The notes under the pieces were generated by a model. It saw nothing but the letters and a program-made list of their open reading frames with translations, was not told the origin of the DNA and did not search any database. A DNA stretch of 60,000 nucleotides from Schmidtea polychroa (lineage: Eukaryota). Where the stretch lies: NCBI GenBank assembly GCA_044892525.1, contig CM097885.1, forward strand, positions 25,980,001 through 26,040,000, written 5' to 3'. Numbering within the stretch: position 1 is the first letter of the stretch; every line of letters starts with the position of its first letter. A program made the position numbers and the translations under genes. This document shows, in pieces, positions 38,761-54,366 of the stretch.

Positions 38761-40729
38761 ATTTGATTTGATTTGACTTGTTTTGCTAACTTCCTTTCGA
38801 TATTTAATTATTGCTTATGATCTGAAAAGTTCGAGCTTCTTCCAAGCTATCGGTCAATCTATCTTAGAACCTAAACTCTTGAAATTTAAGCTGCCAGATG
38901 CAATTCATCTGTATCGATGCCGCGTCGAATTTGTATGTTCAGTTGCATAGCTCCAGTCTAACATGGTAATACACTATAAAATCTAGTTGACTTTCCTTAC
39001 CAGGCCAAGAAAATTTTTTTGAGTACTGTTGACATCTTTGATTTTAATTTTCTTCATCCTCTAGTTTGCATGAGAATAAAGCAAACAGAATTAATTAAAT
39101 GATAAAATAAAAACATCAAATTTAACTCAATATTATACACTTACTAGTGATAACAAATTCGATCAAAAAAGTAGAATAATAATTTAACTGTTTTCATTTA
39201 ATCACGAATAATCTATAATATAAAAACATCAATACTCCTATATTATTAAAACACACAAACTTACCTGTGTGCCGAATTTTAATGTTGCATGGAATAAAAG
39301 AATATTCTATAGAAAGTGGAAGAAAAATTAATTTAACACTAACACAACACAAATTTAAAAAACAATTAATAAAGTTTGATCTTGTTAAATTTTTATGCTT
39401 ATAACATGAATAATTTGGCTATTTGCAAAGGTAGGAAAAGAACCTGTTAAATTAAACTTTTTTAATCGGAGTGGAGTTTAGTTGTGCTTGTTTTTTGGCG
39501 ACTCCACAGTCTTGGCAAAAATACATTGATTTAATGTATTTGATTCGATGATCTATTAACTGTATTAAATGCTTTCTTTTATATATTAACAGTAATTATT
39601 AATTATTTTCTCAAAAGTCATAATTTATACTATCAGACATTTTATTACAAATCAAATTCAACTTCTGTTGGAACTGTTTTTAATTAGTGCTAAATTAATT
39701 GAAATAAATGTTAAAGTATAAAAATTTTTGAGCCTTTAATTTAAAAAATTTGCATTGAATTTCTTTTGTTAAGCATCATTTATTGAGTAATTTATGAAAT
39801 TTTGAAATAAGCTTTTAAATTATATTTTAATTTATCTTATCGATTAATTTATTTTTATTAATTAACAATTTTAATTGCTGATTTTTACTTAAATTATCAT
39901 ATCAAATTCTTTCTCATAAAATAATCACTAGATTTAATCTTATATTATTATTCAATGGATTATTGCAACCCCGAAATTATTTATCCTTGTAGCTTGTGAA
40001 ATTTTCGAATTGACATATTATGTTAATTTTTGAAATTAAACTTTGACTAATTATTTTATTATGCGAAAAAATTAATTTTATGATTTTAATTATTGGGTAG
40101 TTATTGTTGGTTACAGATAAACTTTAAACATACCCTTCGTGCTGTTTCCAGCGTAACCCAGAATATCTGGTACCCGATGCGTGAACAACGTTGATACTTT
40201 ATCAAAGTAAGTGAATGTTAGTAAAAATTGGTTTCACTCTGGTGAAATTCGGGAAAGTCTTAGCCAAGTTAATTACCTAAAATTTATTATTTATTACATA
40301 ATATTACACAGTATTTTCAAGTGGAAATTTAATTCAACTTTAAGGATTAATATCCGGCGAACCTGGGGAACCCTACGGGTGTGATATGCTATACTTGCCT
40401 CCTTTTGGGTTCGATGACGTATGCGCACCCACTTCTCTGATTTACAGCTTTTGGTGGTCCATGGTTGCACTGCGGGAGCAACGAGGGAACTATCTTCGTG
40501 TTTTCTTCTGACGGGGATAGTTATTTATTAAGCTCGGAAGCACTCCGTGCGTGATCTAATCACTCTTCTGTCAGGCTTCGGCTTCTAACTGTTGGATCAT
40601 ATATTCCAGAGCCTAGTTACCTGCTCGCGTTAATCGAGTGTTGGTCGCCTTCTGTTTCTTCATTTGGTCCGGCCTGAACGGTATCCTAGTTTAGGCCACT
40701 CCATGCATTGTTGATGCATCTATTTCTCG

Positions 40730-42160
40730 CGTTTCAGACGGCAAATATCCATTCGGAAAATCTTTGCTAGTAAATATATCTTTCAGCTCTGCGTTGGATT
40801 GCAATTCTATTATTTCCACATGCAAATCATCTGGCACATCATCAATATCCAAAAAGAATGGCGAAGTAAAAATTCGAACTTCTTTATTAAGAAATTCTGC
40901 AAATCATTCCTCAAATTCAATTTTTAATTCTTTTATTTTCTTTGCAAATTGACATAATTGAATGCATTATTTTTTCCCAGCGGATTTTCCAAAAGTGATA
41001 GCTTTGCTAAGAATGATTAAATGTTGGTGATGAATTCGGAAATTATAATGTTTTTGCCTTGCATTTTTATGTTTAAATCGGATAGGCAAGATTTTAATAT
41101 CCACCAGAAACGCAAGATCACCAATTAAGTTATTCAATCGGTTTGCCTTTCATATCCATAAACAAAACTATTTCTTCTAAAATATCGTAAAGTTTTTGCA
41201 AAACTTTTGCCTTGCTTAACCAACGAACTTTGATAAAATAGATAATATCTCCATATTTGGAATCTAGATATAAAAATTCTTTAAATTGGCGATGTGATCT
41301 TATAAAATTTATAGTTGACACTACTATGTTCATAGCACTATTGAATTTTAATTGTTTTGCAATTAAATTTTCAATGTACGAAATACAATGACAATAAAAA
41401 TTTTGTTTTTTATGTCCAATGTTATTAGTTTAATTTTAAGTGAAGTTAAACATGAATGACGACCTCTCAAAGTAGGTATCCCATCAGTTGCAATGCCGTT
41501 AAGTTTAGCAGGTTGAAGTCTATACTTTTCCCAAGTCTCCTGTACTGCTTGGTAGATATATAAAGGTGTTGTTCGATCAACGCCACGAACAAAAACTGCA
41601 AGTGTGCAGTATCAGATATATCCGTGGATTCATCCAAACAAATACAAAAATATTCATAAGTATGGCTACATTTTTTTTAAATTGCTCGCAACGTTTTCTG
41701 TCATATCATAAATTCGACTAGTCACAGTATACCACGATAAGCTTAAATTACGGAATAGATTTTTTAATGCATATTATTCTAGCTGCTATTTCGAAACATT
41801 CTTTTATTACACTACCGTCAGAAAAAAAGTTTTAATTTCTTAGCTAAAACGTGGGTTATTTCATAGGCAACTCTTATGCAAGCCTCCCCATCAGCCGTCA
41901 TTTTTTTGAATAAACTCTGTTACATCATTAAGCTATACTTGTCTTTTCTTAACTGATCTGTAAACTTTTCATATTTTTTCTCCGTGTTTTTGCATGTAGT
42001 GACGTTTAATATTGTATTTGAACGCGGCAAGTTTCTAAGAATAAATTAAGCACAAAGGTGAACTTTTGTAGTTAATAAAATAATAGTCATTTGTCCAAGA
42101 ATCATTGAATGTCCAATTTTCATCTTGAATTTTTCGCTTTTGTTTTAATAACTCCATTTA
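40730..42160 (-). pseudogene. hAT (Charlie/SPIN/GTF2IRD2-like) transposase remnant
   Basis: KRKIQDEN..FN..W, LDESTD, ATDG and VRWLS fragments with many stops. Confidence 0.8.
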
Positions 42161-43789
42161 TGGGTTCTGCAAAGAAATTTTATAAAATGAAGTAATAATG
42201 TTGAAATCAATTTTATGAGAATAATAATTTTAACTTACTTTCTCTTATTAACCTGCACCAAATACAAAATACACAATTTAGTTAGCAAAAAAAGTTTTAA
42301 CTTGCACAGCTATATTATTATATTTTTATATTATTAGCCTATCAATACACAATTATCTGCTAAAACAAAACTGGAATAACAAAAAAAAATGATTCTAAAT
42401 GTTTGCTTTTCAAAAATCTTTCGTAATTAATTATGTTCGTCTAACAAATTTCTATTGTTATGGTACCAACCTCAAAAAGAAATCTAACGCGTTCGAGTAG
42501 CAAGTAGACGGCAGAAAAGTGCGATCATAATCAGTACTATAGAAGTATTCCAAACGTAGTATCAATACAACAGTTTTCCAAATATTATAAATAATAATGA
42601 GTTTTGAAGCTTTATTTATTATTTACAAAATTAATAATTCAAACCCAAATACAAAAACTGTACGCAATTTGTTGCCTCTAAAGTAAAGATGACAGGTTAT
42701 TCAAACCGCCCTGAAGAATATTTCTAAGAGTCAAGGCTGACCCCAAAATGCGGCCACAGCCCGACAAACGTGAAAGGTAAAAAATGAGAGTAGTTTTCCC
42801 AAAATTTTGCGTGATAGTATTGACCCAGAAATTTGGTCAATGCTTGGTTCTTTTAATTTATTCTGAGTGATACAGCAACAAAAAGTGTATGCTGACACTA
42901 TCCATATGTTATACAAAATTAAGGGAATGTTTTACCGTTATTTTTTGATGAGAAAATAAATTTTCCACTGAACTGAATTCTCCAGATAATCAATTGTAAT
43001 AGTTTAATTAAATTCCATTTTAACTAGACCAACTGGTTGAATTAAATTTCCAACAATAAATTTGAATTTGATTTGTGCTAATAACTCGAAGCGGTTGTGC
43101 TGGCGTTTTTCTGTTTGATTTATAATGACTTTTGATTTGCACTATTGATTTTCGCTTGAGAACAATTTCAGCTTTTGTTAACGTTTTAAATAAATGATTT
43201 TCACCTATTTATATTACTTTTTAAAACAGCTATCTAAAAATAGTAATTTTGAATTGCTATTTATATATGTATATATGATTATATTTTCTTACTGAATAAA
43301 GTAAATTTTAATTACTATTTATATTTATTTATATTTATATTCTATATATAGTAATATTCAATTACTAATAATAATTTATCCATATTTTCCTATTATCTTT
43401 CTTCCTATCTCATCCTGGACCCAACACATATTACTGTTATGATTGTCATAGTCTGTTTTACATAATTTTCTGATTCTAAAACTGTCGCAGTTTTTGAAAA
43501 TATTTGAAATTGATCAAAAGTTTCATTTATTTTCATATTTTTCAATAGAATTTTTAATTGTAGTTTAGCAGCACTGAATATCGTTGAAAACACATAATAT
43601 AATTATGCTTAATTTGCGATGAAGATAACTAATAAGATATAGTTGAAAACTAATTAAAACCATTCGACAAAAATTCAAATGAAAAATAGCTTAGCTCATT
43701 GACTTAAATAAATTATCTAAAACATAATAAGAGTTACTACAAAAAGAATAATGAACTAATTTAATTGAAATTTTGAAATACAATTCCTC

Positions 43790-44106
43790 ATTTGTTATTT
43801 TTTCCCAGTTTTTCATATATTCTCGATTGATGCATATTTTGTACTGGTTGTGATATTAATTTGTTTCGCACACGATGTTATTCATCATTTTTCATCGAAA
43901 AAATGTTCAAATATATCAATTGGGTTCAGTTCAACTTGAATGCACAGACGAGGTGGTTCACAAAATGTATGAATTGTCGGATTCAGATTCTCATCTGTCC
44001 AATCATATATATCTTCGAATAAAGAAATTTCATCTTCGATTTCAGTATCGCAATCTGAACCAAACATTGATTCCTTGTTCGCATAATTTTCTGTGAAATC
44101 CTCCAT
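43790..44106 (-). pseudogene. piggyBac transposase N-terminal remnant
   Basis: Acidic N-terminus followed by the PIDIFEHFFDE..IVCETN..W..IT..E pattern. Confidence 0.6.
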
Positions 44107-44280
44107 TTTGACACAGAAAATATTTTATGAACAAAAATGACTGGAATATGATAGTTTAACAAGAATTACTTTGATAGAATTATTGAAGAAAGCATTCAGA
44201 GAATTTTTATTTATTGATCTTTGATAACAAATGATTTATTGATGGCTATTTATATCAATTTTTTCTTCTAGAATCTAGAG

Positions 44281-44491
44281 CAGAGCTTCTCAAACTTTTT
44301 TACTTAGCGACCTCATTAACCCTAGCAAATATTCTGCCGATGAAAATAGTAATATAAAATAAAATATTTATTATATTCAAAAAATATTTTATTTTGAAGC
44401 CAACCTAATGTTTTTTTAGTTACAATCTTCCGTTTTCTTGAAATTTCTACGACCCCATCGTGGGTCGCGACCCGCACTTTGAGAACCACTG
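44281..44491. mobile_element. 211-bp hAT (Charlie-like) MITE
   Basis: CAGAGCTTCTCAAA...TTTGAGAACCACTG termini with 8-bp TSD ATCTAGAG. Confidence 0.9.
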
Positions 44492-45099
44492 ATCTAGAGC
44501 ATTCTAAAATTTCCTAGAAAAGTTCTATAAGCTAAATTTTGTATTTTTCATCTTGTAAAGATGAAATACCGTGGACTTTTGCAAATTTGGTTCAGAGATT
44601 TCTAAATTATTCAAATTTCTAAAAAAGAAATTTAAAGTATTTTAAAAGTAGGTTTTACTATTTTGAAAAATACTCAGGTTTTACTTAGAATTTCTATGAA
44701 GTATTTATACCCATATATGATCGATAGTTGTTCCATCAAAAAATTTATATTTCATGAATTTTTTCCTTCAACTTCAATGTTTTATTCCACTTTTGAAAAG
44801 GCCTATTTTTAAAATTGTAACTCAATTATCTGACGATCAGAATATGATGAAAATTTTTTTTATATCTCAAAATTTTCGTTATTATAAGTTCCAAATAATG
44901 ATGTAAAAACTTTGATCTGTGCCTTATACTTTCGGAGAAAATCAATCTCGACCCATATCGGTCACTTTGTCCATATGAATTAGGATTCTTAACTGTTTAT
45001 TATTATTTTTTGATATTTAAAATTTTAATTCTCAGAAATTGGAATTTTCGAACCTATATCCATGTAAATATTTTCCCTATGATAATGCCACTTCGAATT

Positions 45100-46450
45100 T
45101 AACGAGTTTGTATTTTCCCAATTATATTTAAGACATTATTCTACATTGATTTAATAATTTTACGCCTTGGTTTCATTTTAGTTTTCTCTTCATTTGTCAA
45201 CAAATCATTTGATACTATGATATGGCTGGAACATGAGTCCAATAAAGCTTCGACTTTTCTTCCATTGAACAGTATGTTTATTCAAGATTGCTTGCATCTA
45301 TTTCCTATTGTCATAAATGCATAACTACACGATAATTCAGGCATGTTTTTCTGTTCTATTTCAGCACTTGTTGGTTCAATTTTGTTTAATTCAAATTTTA
45401 TGTGTTCCACTGGTTTCATCTCTTTCAATATTTCACTTAGTTATGTTGGCGCTGTTGGTAGTAATGTTGATGTGTACCATTTTCGAAGTATCTATTCCAC
45501 TAAGTTTCGGCATCGGTTCTAGTGAAATTTGTGATTCTAGTTTTTTCTCAATTTTCATTATTCCTTTTCGGTTATTCGTGTTATTAGTTCCATAAATCGT
45601 ATTTTCCCATTGACGCTCACCAGTAGTTCATTTGTACATTTGTACAATTTTTACTGTTACTTATTTGCATTTATAACTGTACAATCCTTCTCCAAATATT
45701 GTAACAAATACACCATTTTTTTGATTTGAATGATACAATAATACAATAATTTACTGACTGTTTAAGTAAAGGTTGTTGATAAAACCCAGCAACTTTATGT
45801 TTCATAACTTTTTAAGGATGCTATTCTTAGTTTTAATAATGTCAGAATTGAAGAAGGCAACAATACAATTAGTAGTTTAAAGTTGGCGATTTTGTTTTTC
45901 AAAGTTATGGTATTTTTATTTCTTCTACTTCAATAAAGTCTTTTCCTGGAAACATATTCAACTCAAGTTCTTTCATAAACATTAAACTAGTGTAAATATG
46001 TGAAAAATCTTACCTCATAATTTCGAATTTGTGTAATGTCTTTCGTGTCTCCAGATTCAGTCTCAATTCCAGATGACCTTCAATTTGTACTTTTCTACCA
46101 TCGGCATATGCCACTTACTTTTGATTGTGCCACCTGAATCTTCGAATTTCCTTCCAATATCAAGTCTGCTAACTTTTCGTTTATAACATTCATATATGTA
46201 CTGGTGTTGAATAGTGATTTTACCTCTTCTCCTTCGACCTTGCAATATATTACTTATTTATTTGCTGCTTTTTCTGATTTTCTATTAGATATAATTATTA
46301 TTTTTATTTTCTTCTAATTGTCTGACATTTCAACATTCATTCGACCTATCTCTTTGCAGGACAATCTTTTATGTGTCCATTCATATTGCATCCAAAACAC
46401 ACTAAAGTGTTAAATTTATCTGGCAATCTCTTGAGAGATGTCCCAATTTT
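45100..46450 (-). pseudogene. Highly decayed LTR-element gag/protease remnant
   Basis: EALLDSCSSHIIVS aspartic-protease-like motif near 45220-45260; the rest is fragmentary. Confidence 0.45.
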
Positions 46451-48100
46451 TGACATAAAAAACATTTTCAATTCTTTTTAGCAGCGGAGCACTATTTTAT
46501 ATTTTTCGCAAATGCGGAGCCTCAATATTAAAAATGAGTTTAAAATAACAGATATTTACTTTATATAGATTTATTTTTTATACCAAGATAAACTGAATTT
46601 CAAAATAAAAGTTTAATAAAGAAAAAAAACACTTCGAAGTTTTCTCGAAATTATTTTGAGTGTTACATCACAACTTTCAGAAATTGTAAAATTTTAAGGA
46701 GGCCTTTGGAACTTGCCGAGGAGCCGTCGAGCTTCGTGGAACTCACATTGAAAGCCACTGCTCAAATCTAATAAATTAAATATAATCAAATTATTCAAAA
46801 AATGTATTTTTGTATACTTTATATAAACAACTGATTAATTGTTGTTTATCTCACACATTTCCTTCGAACATTAAAACCAAATGATTTTATCATTAAATAT
46901 GTTTTAGGAATGGTTTCGTTTAGATTGTCACAATATGCACAAAAATATTTGTAATGGGCTTTATTACATTATGGCACCTATAATGGAAAACTGAGAAAAA
47001 TTTAAACAGAGTAAAATTGCATGTGAAATTCTTAACGCAAAATGTATTAAATGAAATCGTTTTATTCTTTGCCTGGATATAAGTCGTATTTTTATTCTTG
47101 TAATTGGTTTCATAAATTGTTTATTTCAAATATCTTTACTGTTGATTGACAATCATTCTATATTTTTATTTAAATTAATTTAAAATTTTTCATTCTGAAT
47201 TAAAATATGCTTGCCACATTTATAAATGTGTTCTAAATTTTCATAACATTATCTGTTTTTAAATAAAATATTTTTTAAAAATCTATCTAATTCTAGACTT
47301 TATTACCGCGTTGAATTGGAATGTATTTTTACACTTGTAACTTAGCAAGTTAATTACTGAATGTCAAATGTCTCATGTGCTAAACTGCCTTCAAAACTCG
47401 CCAAATTTTATTTAAAATGTGTATAGCTACAAGTCGTTGCCTACAACCTTGTGAAAGATTTGTTTTTACTTCTTGGTTTGTGATAGTGCTATACTACGAG
47501 TATGTGACATATTTATATCAAATGATTGTTGAGTATATCCAATAATTTTAAAAATGTGTTATCTTTTTTATATTCCTCAAAATTTGCCTGAAAGCTTTTT
47601 ATTGTGATAATTTTTAACTTTTATATATTAGACAACAATAAATTCAATACCGATAATTTGAACGGCTATATTAACTTTACCTAAAATTGTAATAAGTGAT
47701 TCATTGGTACACCTCGGCTTGTTTAAATACTTTTGAAACTTAATAATTCCAATCTTTACCTATAACATTAATTTCAGTCCCCGTGATTAATAAAATTAAT
47801 AAATATTATTAATTTATATTGAAACACTTTGCCTGTCATTTAATTATATTATTAACCGCTTCATGCTTTTGAAAGAACAGTGTTCAGGAGCAGCACATGC
47901 GCCAACCCGAGGACTGCTTGTGTTCGACTTATCAACATTTGTCTGAGTTTTTTAATTATTTAAATGGCGAGATGATTTTTGGTATTAGGTTAAGTTTTTC
48001 TGTGTTTTACTTTGATTTTTTTTTATTTGAAAAATTTTTAAATTATGTAAATAATGTAAAATCCTAAAGATTAAGTGGTTAAGTGAGTTATCAATATTAA

Positions 48101-48172
48101 CCATTTGCGGACGTAATTCGTAACGTATAAGCCATTTAAGGCCAGCGCTGCTGGCCTACCGTCCGCAAACGG
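48101..48172. mobile_element. 72-bp piggyBac-type MITE
   Basis: TTAA-CCATTTGCGGACG...CGTCCGCAAACGG-TTAA. Confidence 0.7.
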
Positions 48173-48419
48173 TTAATTTTATTATTAAAAATATAATCAT
48201 CCAAATTTAAATTAAAAATATTGTATCCTAAATCATTCATTCTCCATTTGGATCAGACAAACAATTACAATCATTATTTTTATCAAAAAATGAATATTTT
48301 TCATTCAAAACATACAAGTAATCTTCACTCGTCTCAAACATACTCTTCTTATTCAATACATCACTTACATTTACTGAAGAGTTCCAATCACCTGCTATCA
48401 CGATGGAGCATACTCCTTT

Positions 48420-50614
48420 GGGCGTTGTGGAAAGGGGTAGAAATCGCCCTTCTGCATATGACTTTCCAGGAGACGACATTTGTCACAGAAGTCTTTTATT
48501 TTTCTGTGCATGAGGCAAACTTTTGTTGCTTTACCTTGCATGTCTTGATTGAGATAGTTAACATACGTTAGCAAGTCCAACAGAAGCGCCAGGGATGTTC
48601 GAAAGTCATTGTTTAAGACGGGGCAGTCCTTGTTTTTCATTGAATAAAAATCCATTATTTCCTTGCGCAACAGCAGAACACGGCCAGTAGTTACTTCCTG
48701 AGGCAACTAACGTACGTCGGTGTGATAAGGAAACGATTCACTCGTGTGTAGAATTTCTAGAAATTGCCGGTGGTTAGGAGCATTTGATCGAATAAACACG
48801 ATTCACGTCCTTCAGAATGTTATCTAAAACAGCTGGTTTTGAACTGAGTGCTTCCTGATGGATGATGCTGTGAAGGATGGTGAGTTGTTTATTACCATGC
48901 TGTAGTGAGCCGTTACACGGCCTTAACAATATCTATATATCTATTATACTATATTATTTTATATTATATTATATAAATGCTCGGTCACCAACGAATAAGG
49001 ACCAAACAGAACACAATTATAGTCAATCAAAATTCGTGCGATCAGCTAATACTTCCACTTATCAATCAGGCTCTATTAATCAATCTCAGACGAGTAAAGC
49101 AAATTCGATGCCATGTTATCATTATCAAGATAAACTGTATTCGGCTCCCATAGACCAACATCCTCATCCATTACAATTCGCGAAATACGTAACAAATCCT
49201 AACAATAATATGAACCCGAATAGATCTTTTTATCAAACCACCACACGTCTTTACAAATTCTGATCAATGTGATTATGCAAAAAAGGATCAGAACGGCAAA
49301 GGATATACATTTCCTTAAATATTGTATGCGAATGACAATGGTCAAATTGGTTCATGGACAAATCGGCAGGCTGTAAAATCTTTAGAAATAATCGGACTAT
49401 ATGAAATTATTATTTTTAGTTAACATTTTGTAAATGAGAAATGGCTGTTGAATATGTTTATCTGGTCTGATTATATTTACATTTTTTATGTAGTTTCTAT
49501 TATATATTTTTGTGTGATATGCAAGAAAAGTTTGCGGGTTCAATAACATATTTTAATGAAATTGTTCCTGTTTCTAATCGAATGTTAAAAGCTGCTAAAT
49601 TACCTGTTACAATTTTAAATGCTGTATGTAGCGAAAAAGCTGTGAATCCACAGTCAAATCCCAATGTGGATATAATAAAGCCGAATACACCAACTGATGG
49701 TGATACTCCTTTAGACAATGCCATTATCCCTGGTACTAAACGAAGTCATTTAGATTCTCTGACAGATTTTTCTAATGATTGCAACAAGGATATTCCAATC
49801 AAGAAATCTAAATTAACTATAAAAACTATTCAAAAAGAAAACATCACAAATTTGATTACCCCAACCACCACACATGCTCCTTGGACAAGTAATCTGACAT
49901 TCTTGCCACAAGGCCTTGTTGTTTATCGGTCATGACCAGTGCGCCATCTTTGCAGTTTCCACGAAGATTTTTTAGATTAACGGTGAATTGGATACAGGCC
50001 TTCTTCACTGCAAGAAATATGTCTTCTCCATGGAGAGAAGATCCTCGCACAACTCAAAAGTAGAGAACAGAGAGCGAACGAGGATTAGAAGCTGTGCCGA
50101 GTCATTTATGTCCGTTGATTGGTCGACAGCCAGCATAGAAAGCTTTAACTACTGGGCGATATCAAATTGTCGATGTTTCACAGTATCACGCGAGAGAGGA
50201 ATCAAGGAGTAGTCAGCTTCTTTACCAGGGTGAATGCATTTAAAAACGTCCATGATGCACCCTTTAACGAGTTCTCCGTCTGATTAAGGCTGCAACACCA
50301 AGACGATATGCCACTCTGTATGATGCTTCACTTCGATTATTTGTAGACATGAACGATGTTTGCTGTAGAAAACGCTTCTTCGAATTCTCTACACAGATCT
50401 TATTAGACTCACCTTGCAAATTCGCAGATGTGTGTGACGCGTGATGACAAAAATGCTGCTTTGCATTATCTCTTTTCATAGTCTTTACAACTTCATCGCG
50501 GATTAAACACATCATAGAATGTGTTGCTGGCTCCATCATGAAGAACTCGAGCTCCCGTTTGGAATTGAAGCTCCTCTTCTTTTCTGCCAATGTTCTTTTC
50601 CTTTTCATTGACAT
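48420..50614 (-). pseudogene. Fragmented hAT transposase, interrupted by unrelated sequence at about 48930-49860
   Basis: KRKRT..KRSFNS..CLI..KQHF..H, VDQSTD, DGALVM and LALLLDL..VN.LN..MQGK fragments. Confidence 0.75.
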
Positions 50615-52419
50615 TTTTGGGCAAAATTAGAATAAATTTAAAAAAAAATTAATGATTAAAACTTTGACTATCGACTATATAATATATTATTACCTTTTTA
50701 GAGAAATTGACTAATCTTTCTTAATTCTCGAGTATTTTATTACTTTTTAAATTTGTTTAATTATGAGAAGGCAAGTTGAAATATTTTTCGTTGAAATGGG
50801 CTGTAACCTACTCCTGCAGGGCCGCCATTACGTATACTTTAATATACACGTACACGGCCACAGGTTGCGCACAGCTCCTATAATGTATTGAAAATTTCTT
50901 GTAAATCTTCCTCTTTAAATTTATGTTTGAGAAATTTTTTTTGAGAACAATTTTTCAATTTTATCGCAAATATCATTTGCAGTTTCATTTCCTTGGCGAT
51001 ATTGAAGTGCTTCACTTAAATTATCAATTATATTCATGTTTTAACACCAGTACTATGATATGGGTCTTATTGACCCAAAATATATTTATTTATATGTGTA
51101 ACTTTTTTGTATCATGATACTAGGACTAAAAGCTTCAATTTCATAGTTTTCTGTTGGTTTGATAAAATATAAAATATTAGCTAGAGATTTTTGTATTTAT
51201 GGTATCCATAAAAATCAATTTACAACTAAATTTTATTTATTGAAATAATACTCGATAATATTATTCAAACAAAATCTTCTGATGAAAATTCTATAATGTA
51301 ATAATGTAAAAATAAGGAATTCAACAAACCGCATCAATTAACAACATACATTCACACAATCTTTAATTAATTAATTAAATTACATTTCACAGTTTTTTGC
51401 AAACCTGAGTCACAATTTTATCACAAAAATTTAGAGTTTGTGAAAACATTTTAAATTATCATTCTAATTTATATTGCAAATATACTTTTAAAAAGAAAAT
51501 TGATCTATTAAACTTGTGAAATCATGATCTCAAAACTGAAAAGTAAGTGGTGTCAACTTATAAAATTTTCTCAATAATTTTAACCATTGAATTCGCGTTC
51601 TGTTTACCGAAATAACTATATTCTAAATAATAATAATTCCCATCTTAATTTTTTTTTAATAAATCTGTACTGTATGATCGATTTATTAAAGCATTACAAT
51701 TCGAAAAGTGAACTACGTGTAGTTATAATATAATATTTTGTAAATTAATTAATAATTTTCTGCTGACTGTCAGCAAAAACGTTAACTTAGTAGATCTTTC
51801 TTTTATTTAAAATATCAATTTTGTTATATGTAGGTAAACTTTTTACAAATATGTAAATATGTTCCCGATTAATATATTTTTTATTATTTATAGAATTCAT
51901 GTATATTTTACGAATCTTGTTTTAAGTTATTCGTAAAATTCTAAATTGATATAATTTCTGTTTTCAAATATATACCAAGAAACAAGTCATCAAAATGTCC
52001 TTAAATAAATTTAAAGTGTGGGAACTATATATTCTTTTCATAATTAATTGCCGCCATCTTTTCTAACTCTTTACCGAAATTCGATACCATTAACACCATT
52101 AACATCATCATATTCATAAATTTCTTCATTACCAACTCTCTTTATTGCAATAGTCACATGTATTCAAATTAATCATCATTCCTTCAAAACATCGATAAAA
52201 TTCCAACTCTTTACAACATTCAACAAAATCGATAAAAAATCTCTTGCTCGCGTCTGTGTGTGCACACAGCCAAAAACAAAGAAAAGAAAAGCGCACACAG
52301 ACGCGAGGATCGGATTAAAAATTTCCACATTCTCCATTTTACGCGTCTGTGTGCGCACACAACAAACAGACGCGAGACAACTAATAATTTACCAAGGAAC
52401 ATTTTACAAAAAAAGTAAA

Positions 52420-54366
52420 AAATGAGGCGACATGTAACTTATGCCAAATCACCATTCAACGGCAAGGAGCCAATACTACTGGCATGATAAACCAACTAAA
52501 GCTACACAGCGTTTTCTTGCACAATAAAAAAAGTGAAGACACAAATGACACTTCTTCAAAGAAACCCAAATCTGGAGCTATGTTGAATTTTGTTGGCCGA
52601 GAATCTTTAAATGAAATATTAGCTAAATGTGCAGCTAAGGATGGATTTAGTATCAGAGGAATAACATTATCTGAAGCTATACGAGGTTTTGTAAGAAGCC
52701 GGAACTACGAAATGCCAAGAAGTGAAACAACGGTGATGAAGCACATTATGCAATTTTATGAAGATAAAAAGAGAGAACTTATTTCCTTTTTTAAGGAACA
52801 AAAATCAATAAAAAGATTTAGTATTACGATAGATGAGTGGAGTGATATTAATGTCAGAAGATATATGAATCTTTCAATTCACTCAACAGGAATATATCCT
52901 AGCGTTCTTGGCCTCATACCTATCGAGGGTTCTTGTGATTGCGATGTCACATTAAAGCTAGTCAACGACAGGCTTGCGAATTTTGGAATCGATATGAATT
53001 CAGATGTTGTCGCATCGACCCATGATGGTGCTTCAGTTATGGTGAAATTCGGAAAAAAAATTCAAGCATTTTCTCAACTGTGTTATAACCATGTCATCCA
53101 TCTTGGTGTCCTTGATGTATTCTATAAAAAAAGTTGCAGCCAAAAGATGTTGATGCTGAAGATGATGATTCAAATGAAGAATTCCAAGACGATGATGACT
53201 ATTCTGATGAAAGTGATAATATTGGGCACGTTGATTTATTTGTTTCTGACTCCAATTTAAATTTTGATGATGAAACTATAAGTGATATTCCCGAAGTCCG
53301 TAATGATATTGAAGACGTTCTAGCTGAGACTCGAAAAATAATAAAAATTTTTAAAAAGTCATCTGTAAGAAGCAATATTCTACAAAATAATGTATTCGTG
53401 CAAGAAGGCAAAAAACTTCGCTTGTTACTCGATTGCAAGACTCGCTGGAATTCTATGCTTCCTATGATAAATCTTTTTTTTAAATTGAGTAACTGTATAA
53501 ATACAGCCTTAATTGAACTAGGCCAAGAACAATTTTGTAATGCAAATATCGATGTTTTAAAGGAAATATTGCAAGTTCTCGGGCCTATAGAGCTTGCCGT
53601 AAAAGAATTAAGTAAAAAAGACACCAACTTACTTATTGCTGAGGGGGTTTTCATATTTCTTTTCAGTAGATTACAACAGGTTAATACAGAACTAGCAAAT
53701 GAAATGTTTCATGCCATAAAGAAAAGAATTAATGAAAGGCGAGACAAAGATATTATATCTTTATTGTTTTTTTACAAAGTGGTATCTATCCTAATCCGTA
53801 GACTAATAACTATTTCACGTATTCTTCAAAGTATTCAGTAAAGTCGTTAGCAAAGGAGACAATTGAAAGATTGTTTTGTGCATCTGATAATCAAGTTGAA
53901 ATTGAAAACAGAGAAGAAACTGATTCAGAACCTGAAGTGTCTACTTTGGATGAAATGCAAAAAACCATCAATTCGGTTATGGCGGTCCCACAAGAGGGAA
54001 GCAGAATGTCATCGTTGGAAAAGGAACTAAAACTGATCGAAGTAAATCGTGGAAAAGGGGGAGTTCATACAGAAAAATTGTACCAGGCTTTACTTACCAT
54101 TCAACCAACCCTAACATCGAGTGAAAGAGTTTTTTCAGTAGCATCGAGCTTTTTAACTAAGGTTCGCAATCAATTAAAAGTGGAAACCTTAGATAGACTG
54201 GTATTTCTTAGATATTTTTTTTTAATAAAAAACGAACTATTTAAATGCATCCTCTTCTTTTCTAAAAATATTATGTGGTTTTTTATTTTGCTTAATACCC
54301 GGGTATTAAAAAATAAAACTACTCGATTACCTGGATAGCAAAATAATCGAGTATTTGGATACACTA
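52420..54366 (+). mobile_element. hAT (ZBED1/Ac-like) transposon with frameshifted transposase
   Basis: FSITIDEWS, THDGASVM, CYNHVIHL, DCKTRWNS and PTLTSSERVFS motifs; right end ...GGATACACTA with subterminal ACCCGGGT/ACTCGA motifs. Confidence 0.85.

Noticed and set aside
48237..48420. IVIAGDWNS, resembling a LINE AP-endonuclease motif
   Set aside because: Single short motif with no supporting RT nearby.
48930..49860. ORFs 48877-49263 and 49510-49935
   Set aside because: No recognisable domain, broken by stops, and partly fused to antisense hAT sequence.
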